A DNA stretch of 64,000 bases from Phoronis australis. Taxonomy: Eukaryota > Animalia > Phoronida. Under the pieces are notes generated by a model that saw nothing but the letters and a program-made list of their open reading frames with translations, did no database searches and was not told the origin of the DNA. Each line of letters starts with the position of its first letter. Position 1 is the first letter of the stretch. The stretch is from the NCBI GenBank assembly GCA_002633005.1, contig NMRA01000624.1, positions 49,109 to 113,108 of the forward strand, in the 5' to 3' direction. The translations under genes were made by a program, and so were the position numbers. This document shows positions 13,048 to 26,400 of this stretch, in pieces.

Positions 13048-15226
13048 TGATATCCTGGCATTCGACAAACACTTCGTTACTGACATGAACAGAATCGGAC
13101 TACTCATTCTCGTATTCGAAGATTTAATTAAACGTGACTTGAATTTGTTGTAAAATCGGATGTATTTGAATTTTCTGAGCAACATGAAAGTTTGGTTTTT
13201 AAAAAATCGGATGGATGGAAGAATGCGTTACAGCATGCATGCAATATATCATACTATCTTTGCGACGTTTGCAAAAAGTGAATGATAATCTTCCGTAAAA
13301 CCGCCGATCCTGCAAGTGTGACTCTTCAGCCGACTAACCAAAAAACACTTGATTGTCGTTAGCTGTATGAAGCTTGTTTTGGCTAGAATCAGAATAAACG
13401 TAAAACTCCCTATAGCGCCGACGCAACTGAACTCATGGTGGTCAACGTGTCTCTCTCACGTCAACCTGTTTTAGAAGCGAATATATGCTGCTCTTGTGTT
13501 GTCCGTATCAATTTGTAATAAGTGACAATAAACGGTGGGTAAACATACTCTTACATGCATTTCTTTTTTACGCGTGAACGAAAACCTTTTATCGAACAGT
13601 TTACACTTGCCACTTTCCCAGCACCTAATCTCACAAATCGCAGGGACTTTATCATCACCTGTCTTCTCTAATAATCACAGCTTCCGCAACAACCTTCCTG
13701 GCTCATCCACTCATCACAGTTGTTTGACCACTAATTTCACTTGTACCCATGAACATCATTCGTTACTGAATGTGTGCATATTTAGAGACAGGAGCCTACA
13801 TACAAATCTGAAGTATTGCGTTTTTTGAGGAAAATAATCGAGATTACCGCTAATATTTTAAAATCTGGCCTCCACGCCACCTGTTGAACATATCACATGT
13901 TCATATACAACTGAGATAATAGGCGAATACTTATTTTTGAGTTGTCCCTAATTTACGCCCTGCTACCGGGGGTGGTAGAAATGGACAGGGTTCCTCATTT
14001 TGCGGCTGAATTTGCCAATGGAATTGTTTACAGCTGTCAATTTCGTCTAGTGTCAGACAATTTCTCAAGACACAAAACAGAACAAGTTAATAACAAAATA
14101 TATATTACCTCTCAAACACACACACAAAACACACACTCATAATAATGATTGCCGATACTAGAATTGCTATAGTACACAAGGTTGTCAGGGTCTCTTTACG
14201 GTTCTACACGTGCCACTACTTAGGCTTCTAAGCATCAGAAATTTTCACTGCTTGACAACTATTACGACGTCCAGCTTGACCTGCCTCTGAGTTTGCCGTA
14301 TGCAGGACGTACAGTGTATGGTACTTAAACTAAATGTCTTCTTACAAGTTCCTCCCAAGGATTTAAAGCTGTTCTCATCTTCCGGGTTTTTTTGCAGCCT
14401 CACAGGCTTCATTAAAGGTTTTTGACAGCTACATATATACACTGTACCCACCGTCCATCTTTGAAACAACCTTTCATTAGACTGCGCTTCAATAACCTAA
14501 AATTGTCATTAAATTGGTCCTTAATAAAAATAGATATGAGTTCTGGACTTGAAAATGACTGACACTTTGGTATTATTTGAGAGGGTCTCTACAGGTTGGT
14601 TTGTACCGTCATGTCAGTGTATTCACATGACATACATGTAGTGTATAACGAAATGCCAGTACTTTTCAAGCCCAATTCATTTCTTCTCTGAATAATGGAC
14701 AAGCGGTGATTAATGTTATACCGGCAAGTCGAAGAAATCAAATTGCATCGACAGCATGTGTAGCCGCTGTAATTGTTCTTTTAACAGTCTAACTCTATTA
14801 TAATCTCTGAAGCAGCTCAAACTCGTACATGTAGCAGGTTATGAATACCTTGGTGCTAAATTTTCAACTGCTGTGTGGGTTATCGTTGAAGACTGACAGT
14901 TCATACGGCCAAGAAGACAATTACAAGAGTAGAACACAGTTCTGAATCCTTGTATTATGACAATAGTGGATTTTGTTCCCGATGACTCAGTGGCCAGAGC
15001 TTCTGCACAGTTAGCAGAAGGTTTCAAGTCCCGGTTGGGGGCAGAAATCTTCAACCTTACGTCCATTAGGTCAAATGAAGTAGCCAACAGGTTGCGAGCA
15101 AACCGTCGAGGCTTATGCTATTTTTAAGAGCAGCCAATATGTGAAGGCATTCCTGACGCAACTTTTATCTGTGATGTCACACGCACGTTTCCAAAAGAAG
15201 TAGTTGCCAACAGAAACTGAGCTAGT

Positions 15227-15284
15227 ATGGCAGAAGTCTTATTTCCAAAGACGTACCTACACATATTTTGGATAATTGTTGCAG
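15227..15284 (+). CDS. Gene B exon 1: start codon and signal peptide (MAEVLFPKTYLHIFWIIVA)
   Basis: ATG in AGTATGG context, hydrophobic core, gttagg phase-1 donor; joins exon 2 to read ...WIIVAVAARVVITNE. Confidence 0.7.
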
Positions 15285-18200
15285 GTTAGGTTTTAAAAAT
15301 TACCCTTGTTAATAGTAGAGGCAAAACCAGTACAAAATTGGCAAAGAGGCGATAATTTTCGAATCTTCTGAGAGGTCGTGAAGTGATACATGTGTACATG
15401 TACCTAAACTGTTGTCGAGAATCTTGCTACAGACTTTTGCTGTCAAATTACTCGATACTTTATGGTGTCTGTTCTTTTAATGAAAGACTAAAATAGTTGG
15501 GCAATAGCTTAGGGGTTCATTGGCTATTACGACAAATGCGGTATACAACGTGGGCAGAAAATAAGCAGAGCAATTGGACATTCATTTGATGGATTTCCAC
15601 ACAGTGATATTCTACTTTGGTATGTGCTGTCTTCATCCCAATTGAGGTGACATTAGACAATGTTACGCAATGGACATTGTTATTCATTTGTTAATAACAG
15701 ATTGGGTATTACGAACGCTGGGTCAGAGACAAATGTGCCAAGTTCTGCAGGAAGTTGCAATGCAATGAAGACAGCTGTATGAACTTAACATATATTTTTA
15801 TTAGTAACTTACTGAACTCACGAATCCAAAATGGCAAACGAAATATGGCTCTACCTGTGACTATGTTCATAACACTACATGTGCATCTGTTTCTATTTAT
15901 TATCAACAAATAAGTACCGCCCTAATCTTATCTGATACTGAAAACTGTAAAAGTTAGCAATTAACTATAATTCGTAAAGTCTGAAGTTGTCTTGGTACAT
16001 GTCTAGAGCAGATCCTACCTTCGGGCCAACCAGTCCTCCCCCGTATATTTTCACTGTCAGTATCTCTGGTTATGAGAGAAGTTTCGTTCGTACGTTTGCT
16101 GACGGACTCGTTTACCGGAGACACTGCGTCATACCACTCGTTACATCTTCATCAAAACTGGGGATGGGTCGCACGTGACTTTAGTTGCGTCGTATGTCTC
16201 GACCAACTTCGGTGTGAAATAAGTAGGAGCGGCTGTCGTGACTAGAAAATATTTTGGCTGGAAACCACTGCTTGCTTTCACGATTCAAATCAATTGTCCC
16301 CGTGACTACAGAGACAGGTGCCGTGTGTGCCTTTCTGCATATTATTTCAGTTTGTTCTTTTCTAACGCGATCTCGATACGGCCCCAATGCCAGTTCAGAG
16401 CAGCTTGGTATATCGCAACCCATCTGTCTTCGAAACATCAGTTCAGCAGGACTTGGGAAAGGAGTGGTGAGGACACTAAGCAACACTTGATGCACATCTA
16501 TTCTTTCTCCCAAACATTGGTCACAATCGGTTTGATATATACGATTTGTCTTTCTATTAATGCATTGGATTAGGGGTATATAGGACTTGGGGTTGAATGT
16601 GTGACGTCCCAGTTCAGGCAGAACTGATCAAACTTAATGTTCTAGGAATTGATGGTCATTATTCGAACCATTTACTCTTGGTAGCTTTAGCATGCTCAAC
16701 ACTTCTTTCGTTGCCTTAACGACAGTCTCGCTCGATCGGAAGGAAAGCTTTTTCACAAGAAGTAGCGGCTGAAATACATGTAGATTGGAATGAAGAAGTT
16801 TTGACGATGGCTGACTTCAATCAGACCAATCCCAAGTTTTATTCGGGACGCACCGGGGCGCTCGTGCATTACCATAACTTCTATGGTTGACAGTGCTTGA
16901 AAAGTTAATAAGGTCGACGGCAACGTTCATAGCACCCATTGCTATTAAACTATCGGCATAGTTGTCAAAGTCAACCTATGTGCGTTTGCCATTGGGTAAT
17001 TTCGAGATGGCATATCAATACCATCTCTTTCCCTGGGCAAACAATGACAACGAAGTTGTAAGACTGTACTTTGACTATCTTCCACTGGAGTCGCGGTGTA
17101 GAAGTTTTCTACATAATTTCCAAGGGCTTTTGATCTGTGATAAGTGTGGAGTGTCTGTCATACAGGCAATGTCTGAATAGCTGAACTTCGTTTATCAAAG
17201 ACAAGCTTTCACGCTATACATGTATGTTTCTATAGTTGGCCTGCACTGTCGCGAGAGCCTTGCGAGCAAAAGCTACCGGCTGCTCTTTAATATCAGAAAT
17301 GCCCCGAGGCACCTGCGGGATGCATACACTTGTATCGTTGACGGACATGGTAGGTCGTTGTAGCTCAGTTGTGTTGTTTTAGTTACCCGGTCTTTTACCT
17401 ACTGTAAAAATTGCTGATAGTCTTCACTGAATCCAAATGAAGTTTTATTTTGAGCAAATCGCTTAGGACTGAGGCGATTTTTGAGAACTTATGGAGCTGA
17501 GAAGGCAGTGAAATCACTACGCCAAGGGAGAGTTGGATGTTTTTATTATCCTGTGGTGTTTGTCTTCTACCTTGGCAGGATTAGGAAAGACAACCTTGTC
17601 GGTGGAGACTGTTAAAATGGTATAATGTTTTTTCTTGATTATGCATTTGCTGGAGTTGGTCCTTAAGCCTTCTTTGCGAGTAGTTGTAAAAAAAGCTGTA
17701 TCAGACTTGCGTCCTGGTGTACTTTGGATTTGTCACATATAGTGAGATCGTCACTAATACTGTATCAACGCATCCCTCATACTGTTCTAGGATAAAATGC
17801 ACACGGCTTTGAAATAAATCTCGGATCACAGACATGCCAAAAGCAGAACCTTGAAGCAGTGTCTTTCGAATGTGGTTCGAAAAAGGGCGAGTTCTTGCGA
17901 AAGCCCGTGCGTTTAACACACCAGCATCCGATGTTTCCATCCAACTTTGCTTTTGCTATCGTCGAGGTTATCTTTTCGACTGTTGTTATATTTTGGGACA
18001 TCATTTGAGTGTTGAGTTTAACTTGCTGAGATCTAAATTGGCACGGAGACTGCGATCGTTCTTCACAACTTACGTTACGGACGAACACTAAGCGATATGA
18101 CGTGGCACGATCCTGGCAATCCCGTTTCCTCCGTCTTTGCGAGCTTCTAGTTCAACTTCCTTACGAGACTGATGGAAATAATGCAGGGCTGGTAAATATC

Positions 18201-21200
18201 AGGTGTTGCATCGACACCAAGGTGTAACCCACTTTACCGAAACAGTTTTTAATTGTGTCAAATAGTTGGGAAACCATTCTTTCAGTTTGTTGACTGATTT
18301 GACCTTAGCATCATGGGGTGACTCAAAATGGTGGTAGGTAGTGTCAGCATCAGGTGTCAAGCTTTGCTCTTTGTTCGATGATGACTGCCTACGCTGAGGG
18401 AATCGACTCTTGATGTAACAATACGTAACATTTCACATACGAGTAAACCCAATACGGCGGGCCAGGGACATCAACAACGTAGAATTTCTGCTTATGGTGA
18501 CCGTGTGCTTCGGGCATTAGACGGGTGGCATTATAGACCCGTACATGCACATGTAACCGGGGTGTCCGGTGTAGGTAGGAAGCTTAACATGTTACTCCTG
18601 TTGAAGAAACTTTGATGCACACTACCTGGTGTCAAACAATTGTCGAAACTTCGCAGTGTGTTACACCTAACGCCAGTATCAACTTGCAGAAGCCCTTCAA
18701 CTTTGAGGGTTATCATGTCTGATGATCAGCCCAGGTGTGGACTTCATAACAGCGGGACGTGTTAAGAGCCGTGCAATGCATGACTAAATTTGATCGTGTA
18801 GTAGGTTTTGGAGTATAACTACCTGTACAACGTGGTGTGCGATATTGGAATCGGTGTTTTAGTTGAATGCTGTTACTTCGTGTTGACAAGTTTTGTTACT
18901 CTAGCGTCTTTCAATATGAGAAGTATTGTGTGTTACGTTGTCATTATATTGCTGACTGTGGTCTTCACTTCTGTGTTTTTATCTGCACCATGTTTCCCAA
19001 TCGCCTTAGAATCTACAGTACCTACACATGTGCACAGGAGTGTAACTGATGGTGATGTCCAAAACTGGAACATGGGCGACGTGACAGCTTAATTCCATAA
19101 ACACCTGTAGCGCCGGGGTTGTTCACGCTCCTGACAGAACGTGTGGGTGCCATAAGGCCTAGTTGGACGACAGCTGTGATCGAGTTGCCTTTCGATTTTG
19201 ACAGAAGACCCTTTCTCAAATCTTTGACAGGAGTGGACATAAAGACCATATCAATGAGCTTATTTTTAAACTCGTTGTATTCAAACCTACATTCTGTGCT
19301 TTTCTCCCGCAGGCGTGACCTACATCTGTACAATCTATGATGTTTTCATCCTGGTGTTGGTGCCCGTGCACAAATTCGAGACCGTGGACACTGGCATCAA
19401 CCTATCTTTCCTTGCGGGTACACAGCTTTGCCGGATTTCTTATGTATGTGTCGATTAGTCCTGATGCTAGAATGGGGCGCAAATCCTAGTTGCCAAGGCC
19501 ACAAGTTGCCTGGTAGGCTGAGTCAGTACTGTCAAGCTCCTCGATATATAATTCCATTCGTGCCAGCGATCCATGACGCAGTTCAGGAAGGTTTTTGATG
19601 TCACATGGCATGGTTTCATTGGGCAAATTTTTAGTGTCGGTTCAAAGTCAAGAACGGAATTTCCCGATAACTTACGGTAGCATAACGTCAACGTATGAAG
19701 TGAAGCACCTGTGGAGTTCCTATCTCGAGGGCAAGGCCATTTAGCATTGTTACACAGTGTATGGAGGACGGTCAGAAATCAAGGACACCTGTGTACAGTA
19801 GTAATTTCCTGCAAAATCAATTTAAACTCTTAGTTAAATTATTTACATGATATTTGCTTCACACAAAAGCAATTTACGTTTGACCGCATTGGTATTATTT
19901 GCATATCCGAACTATTTGAAAAAAATCTCCAAAGACTATTCTTTCTGAATTTGGCGTTATACATGTGGCTTCGTTTTTAACATACATGTAGATGTACTTC
20001 CAGTGAAACATTGTTCTAGCAATGTTCCAGAAACTGCATCCATCTTGTATTTCTCTTCCTTCAATCGCCATTGAGTGATAATATGGGAGTTCGCACTAGC
20101 TTTCCCGGGATACCTGGCGTGGGTTCAGTAACGCTAGGTACTACGCTAGGACCTAGCTAAAATCTAGCTCGCCAAAGCCGCGTGTTCTCATTTAAAATAC
20201 ACGGCAATATCACACGTTGTCTTGCTTTTTAGCGAGGTCCTAGTGTTACTGAATGGGAGGCTGCTCACGTCTTTCCCATAGTGTGTTGATTGGATCACAT
20301 GTATGAAGCGTGTGGACTGTTTTTCACCGAAAGTGCAGTGATCTCTATTTTGATATCAACCTCCCACAATGAAATATAGTTTATTTTAATAGGAAATAGC
20401 TAATCACTAAAACTAGTCTTCGTATTTGTTGTGCATGTACTATTCTAGTGAATAATTAAATATTATCGTGTTTCAGTTGCAGCCCGTGTTGTGATCACAA
20501 ATGAAGGTAAGCCAAATTATTTGCCAGCTTGTCAAATTGAGCAGGTGCGGTTTGTGACTACTTTTTACTGAGAGAGAAACTTTTGAAAGACTGAGTTTCA
20601 CTGGTACCAGTCTCTCTCATGCAATCCGGCAGAGCACCAGTCAGTGCGTGTTAACACGAACCGGGTCCTAAATTAGCCTTTACCAGGGTGTTTCTTTGCG
20701 AGTACTGTAAGGAGTAAGTTAATGTCCATATCATTTTCCTTTATATAGGTACTCGTTTCTTAGAAAAGCAGCGAAGACATTGATTGCATTTGTATTCTTT
20801 GTTTGATATACCGTTAGTGCTTCGTGTTTAACATAAGTCATGAGTAACTTAGTGGTTCCATACAAAATAATCCTGAAGTTGCTTTAATGTAACATCTCTC
20901 TTCCATTAATCTCCAATGCCTGGCAATATGTAACTTTGGACTAGCAACAACGTGGGGGCAGTCAACGCACTTTCCTGTTTGCGTTGTTTGGATCATTTCG
21001 AAACATTTGTTTTTCGCAAGACGTGTTGCGGTTTTGATTTTAATATTGATATCCCACTGTGAAAAAGAGTTGTTTACAGAAGAAAATTCTTCATCTTCAA
21101 CACTTTTTTTCGTGCTTCTTTACACGTAGCTGTTCTAACGAGTCGTGTTTCACCCACAACCTAAACTAAAGGAAAGTCAAACTCTATGCCAACTTGCCAG

Positions 21201-23389
21201 GTTGAGGGGGTGCCGGCTGTTATTCCTTGTTACCGAGATGGAAACTTTTGAAAACCCCAATTGCGTCGTGAAATCCATTTCACTTGCAGTATTCTAGACC
21301 GAGTTTCTCTACCTTTCTATAATTTACAATTTTCTTGCGATCGATGTTAACTGCATTTTTCTTTGAAGGTATAGGCTTTAGACCTTGGGCAAAAGCAATC
21401 CAAATTTAATATATCAATATGTTTATTTATTTATTCATTAATTATTATCATCAACGCAAAGCTGGTAGTCGGGTGGCCCAATATTGATTCATCTTCAATA
21501 TGGCATTGAGATATATCCCCTGAAGTGCAACCTAAATTAAAACGCCAGTTTTTCTTCACTAAATTTCAACGACTTTTCGTTCTCAAGGTTCTTTAGACTT
21601 ATTATTATTGCTGTTTTGGTGATTGACTAAAAGTACATGTACCGTAGCGCTAACACCCTTTCGCTAATACAAAAAATTGGAATATTCCATGGGCAGAAAC
21701 AAAATAGAGCGATTGCAAATTCAATCAATAAATTTTACAACTGTATTGTCCTATTAAAACAGCGTCTCTCACATTTTATTTGCTTTGCCCGTGGCATTTG
21801 AGTTAGCAAGAAGCCGTACTGCTTAATACATGTTTTTATTTAATCCAAAGAACCCTGTGAAGACAAGATTGATTGCTCTAGGTACAGTAGAGCTTCATGC
21901 GTTGGGGAATTCGAAAGGTGGGCTAGAGATAAGTGTGCCAAATTCTGCGGGTACTGTACTGCAAAAAGTAAGTTAATGCACATGTAGTTTAATGCGTGGT
22001 AATGTTCTTTACACAACACATATACATGTACATGTGTATGTGCTTGTTTTTTTAGAAACACAGTGAAGAATTGGATCGCATTTATACTCTTTGCATATTT
22101 GCAATATTTAAAGAAACTTAAATAAGACCTTTTTTTTAATATACCGTTAGTGCTTTGGGTTTAACCTAATTCATGAGTAAATTTGTCCTTTCATTCACAA
22201 TATTCCAGGTGCGGCTTAATGTAGCATCTCTTCCCATTGCCTGGTAACGTGCGACTTAGCACTAGCAACCGGGTGGGGCCAATTTAGGCGCTTTGGTGTT
22301 TGGGTTGTTCGGATCATTTCTAAATATATGTTTTCCGCAAGACGTGCCATGTTTTTGATTTTGATACTGATGTCCCACCGTGAAAAAGAGTTGATAACAT
22401 AAGAAAATTTTTCATCTTCAATTTTTCTGTGTTTCTTTACGCGTAGCTATTCTAAGGAGTAAGTCATAAAGTCGTGTTTCAGCCACAACCAATCTTCTGA
22501 CCACAACTGAGGGTGAGTCAAACTGTTTGCCAACTTGTCAAGTTGACTGTTTGCGGGTTGTTGTTCCTTGCTACTGAGATAGAAACCTTTGAAAGTCTCA
22601 GTTGCGTGAAATCCATTTAACTTACAGTATTTTAAACCGAGTTTCTCTACCATTCTATACTTTACGATTTTCTTTCGATCGACGTTTAATTCATTTTTAC
22701 TTAAAAGCTGAGGCTTAGTCCTTAGGCAAAATTAATCAAAATTATATATATATATATATATATATTGATTAATTTATTAATTAATTTTCTGTATATTCAT
22801 TATCATCACTGCAAACTTGGTACATGTAGTTAAGTTGCCAAATATTGATTCTTCTGAAATATAGTATTTAGGTAGATTTCCTGAAGTGCAACATAAAATA
22901 AAACGCCAGTTAGTTCTTCGCTACATTTCAACCAATTTTGTTTTTCAAGATTCCTTAGATTTTGTTACTGCTATTTTATTGATTGAGTAAAAGTGCATGT
23001 ACTTGTACCGTAGTGCAAGCGCCTTTTCGCTAATTTAAATTTGGATAATCCGTTTATTGTATGAACATAGAGCGATTGCACAATCAATCAATGAATCGTT
23101 ACAACCGTATTGTCCTATCAAAACAACGTCTCTCAAATTATATTTGTTTGACGGTGTCATATGAGTTAGCAAGGAGCTGTACTGCTTAATAAATGTTTTT
23201 ATTTTATACAAAGAACCTTGTGAAGACAAGACTGATTGCTCTATCTACAGTAGAGCTTCGTGCGTTGGGGAATTCGAAAGGTGGGCCAGAGATAAGTGTG
23301 CCAAATTCTGCGGGTACTGTACTGCAAGAGGTGAGTTAATGCACAATGTAGTTTAATACGTGGTAATGTCTTTACATAACACAAATATT

Positions 23390-23423
<34 letters not shown>

Positions 23424-26400
23424 CTTGTTTTTTAGAAACACAGTGAAATCTTCGATCGAATTTATACTCTTTCCATGTATGCAATATTTAAACAAACTTG
23501 CAAAGGACCTTTGTTTTGATATACCGTTAGTGGTTTGGGTTCAACCTATTTCTTGAGTAAATTTGTTCTTTCATTCACATTATTCCAGATGCTGCTTTAA
23601 TGTAGCGTCTCTCACATATCTCTTCCCATTGCCTGGCAATAAGTGACTTCTCACTAGCTACAACGTGGGGCCAGTTTAAGCGCTTTGCTGTTTGCGTTGT
23701 TTCGATCATTTCCAAAAATTTGCTTTTTGCAAGACGTGCCGCGGTTTTGATTTTGATATTGATATCCCTCCATGAAAAAGAGTTGATTACAGAAGAAAAT
23801 TCTTCATCTTTCGTGTTTCTTTACGCGTAGCTATTCTAAGGAATAAGTCATTAAGTCCTGTTTCAGCCACAACCAATCTTATGACCACAACTGAAGGTAA
23901 GTCAATCTGTTTGCCAACTTGTCAAGTTGGGAGTTTGCGGGTTGTTGTTCCTTGTTACTGAGATAGAAACCTTTGAAAGTCCCAGTTACGTCGTGAAGTC
24001 CATTTCACTTGCAGTATGCAAAACCGAGATTCTCTACCATTATACATTTTACAATTTTTTGCAATCGAGGTTCACGTCATTTTTAGTTAAATTTCGAGGC
24101 TTTAGTATTAGGCAAATTCAATCCAAATTGTTTATATAATGATTTATTTATTTATTAATTTTATATATATATTTATTACCATCACTGCAAAGTTGGTAGT
24201 TGGGATGTCAAATATTGATTCTTCTGAAATATGGTATTTAGATAGATTTCTTGAAGTGGAACATAAAACTAAAACGCCAATTAGTTCTTCGCTACATTTC
24301 AACGAACTTTGTTTTTCAAATTCCTTAGATTTTGTCAATTTTTTGATTGAGTAAAAGTACTTGTACCGTAGTGCAAGCGCCCTTTCGCTAATTTAAATTT
24401 GGATAATCCGTTCATAGTATGAACATAGAGCGATTGCACAATCAATCAATGAATCGTTACAAACCGTATTGTGCTATTAAAACAGTGTCTCTCAAGTTAT
24501 ATTTGTTTGCCGGTGTCATATGAGTTAGCAAGAAGCTGTACTGATTAATGAATGTTTTTATTTAATTCAAAGAACCTTGTGAAGACAAGACTGATTGCTC
24601 TATCTACAGTAGAGCTTCGTGCGTTGGGGAATTCGAAAGGTGGGCCAGAGATAAGTGTGCCAAATTCTGCGGGTACTGTACTGCAAGAGGTAAGTTAATG
24701 CACATGTAGTTTAATGCGTGGTAATGTTCTTTACACAACACATATACATGTGTATGTGCTTGTTTTTTAGACAAAAAGTGAATATTTAGATCGCATTGAT
24801 ATTATTTGCATATTTGCAATATTTAAACAAACTTGCGAAGGATCTTTGTTTTGATATACCGTTAGTGTTTTGGGTTCAACCTATTTCTTGAGTAAATTTG
24901 TTCTTTCATTCACATTATTCCAGAAGCTGCTTCAATGTAGCATCTCTCACATATCTCTTCCCATTGCCTGGCAATTTGTGACTTCTCACTAGCTACAACG
25001 TGGGGCCAGTTTACGCGCTTTGGTGTGTGCGTTGTTTGGATTATTTCCAAAAATTTGCTTTTTGCAAGACGTGCCGCAGTTTTGATTTTGATATTGATAT
25101 CCCTCCATGAAAAAAAGTTGATTACAGAAGAAAATTCTTAATCTTTCGTGTTTCTTTGCATGTAGTTATTCTAATTAATAAGTCATAAATTCCTGTTTCA
25201 GCCACAACCAATTTTCTGACCACAACTGAAGGTATGTCAAACTGTTTGCCAACTTGTCAAGTTGAGAACTTGCGGCTTGTTGTTCCTTGTTACTGAGATA
25301 GAAACCTTTGAAAGTCCCAGTTACGTCGTGAAGTCCATTTCACTTGCAGTATGCAAAACCGAGATTCTCTTCCATTCTATACCTTACAATTTTCTTTCGA
25401 TCGATGTTTAATTCATATTTACTTAAAAGCTGAGGCTTAGTACTTAGGCAAAATCAATCCAAATTGTTTATATATTGATTTATTTATTTATTAATTTTAT
25501 ATACATTTATTTATTATCATCACTGCAAAGTTGGTAGTTGGGATGCCAAATATTGATTCTTCTGAAATATGGTATTTAGATAGATTTCTTGAAGTGGGAC
25601 ATAAAACTAAAACGCCAGTTACTGTAGTTCTTCGCTACATTTCCACAAACTTTGTTTTTCAAATTCCTTGGATTTTGTTACTGCTATTTTTTGATTGAGT
25701 AAAAGTACTTGCACCGTAGTGCAAGCGCCCTTTCGTTAATTTAAATTTGAATAATCCCTTTATAGTATGAACATAGAGCGATTGCACAATCAATCAATGA
25801 ATTGTTACAACCGTATTGTCCTATTAAAACAGTGTCTCTCAAGTTATATTTGTTTGCCGGTGTCATATGAGTTAGCAAGGATCTGTACTGATTAATAAAT
25901 GTTTTTATTTTATACAAAGAACCTTGTGAAGACAAGACTGATTGCTCTATCTACAGTAGAGCTTCGTGCGTTGGGGAATTCGAAAAGTGGGCCAGAGATA
26001 AGTGTGCCAAATTCTGCGGGTACTGTACTGCAGAAAGTAAGTTAATGCACATGTAGTTTAATCCGTGGTAATTTTCTTTACAAAACACATATACATGTGT
26101 ATGTGCTTGTTTTTTTTAGAAAAAAATGAATATTTAGATCGCATTTATATTATTTGCATATTTGCAATATTTAAACAAACTTGCGAAGGATCTTTGTTTT
26201 GATATACCGTTAGTGCTCTGGATTTCACATAATTCTTGAGTAAACTTGTTCTTTCATTCATATTATTCCAGATGCGTCTTTAATGTAGTATCTCTCCTAT
26301 ATCTCTTCCCATTGCCTGGCAATATGTGACTTCGCACTAGCGACAACGTGGGGCCAGTTTACGCTCTTTGGTGTTTCAGTTGTTTGGATCATTTTTCAAC

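Noticed and set aside
15110-15185. CCAAT, TATA-like and CRE-like motifs upstream of the gene B ATG
   Set aside because: Short motifs in an atypical order with no TSS data; chance occurrence is likely
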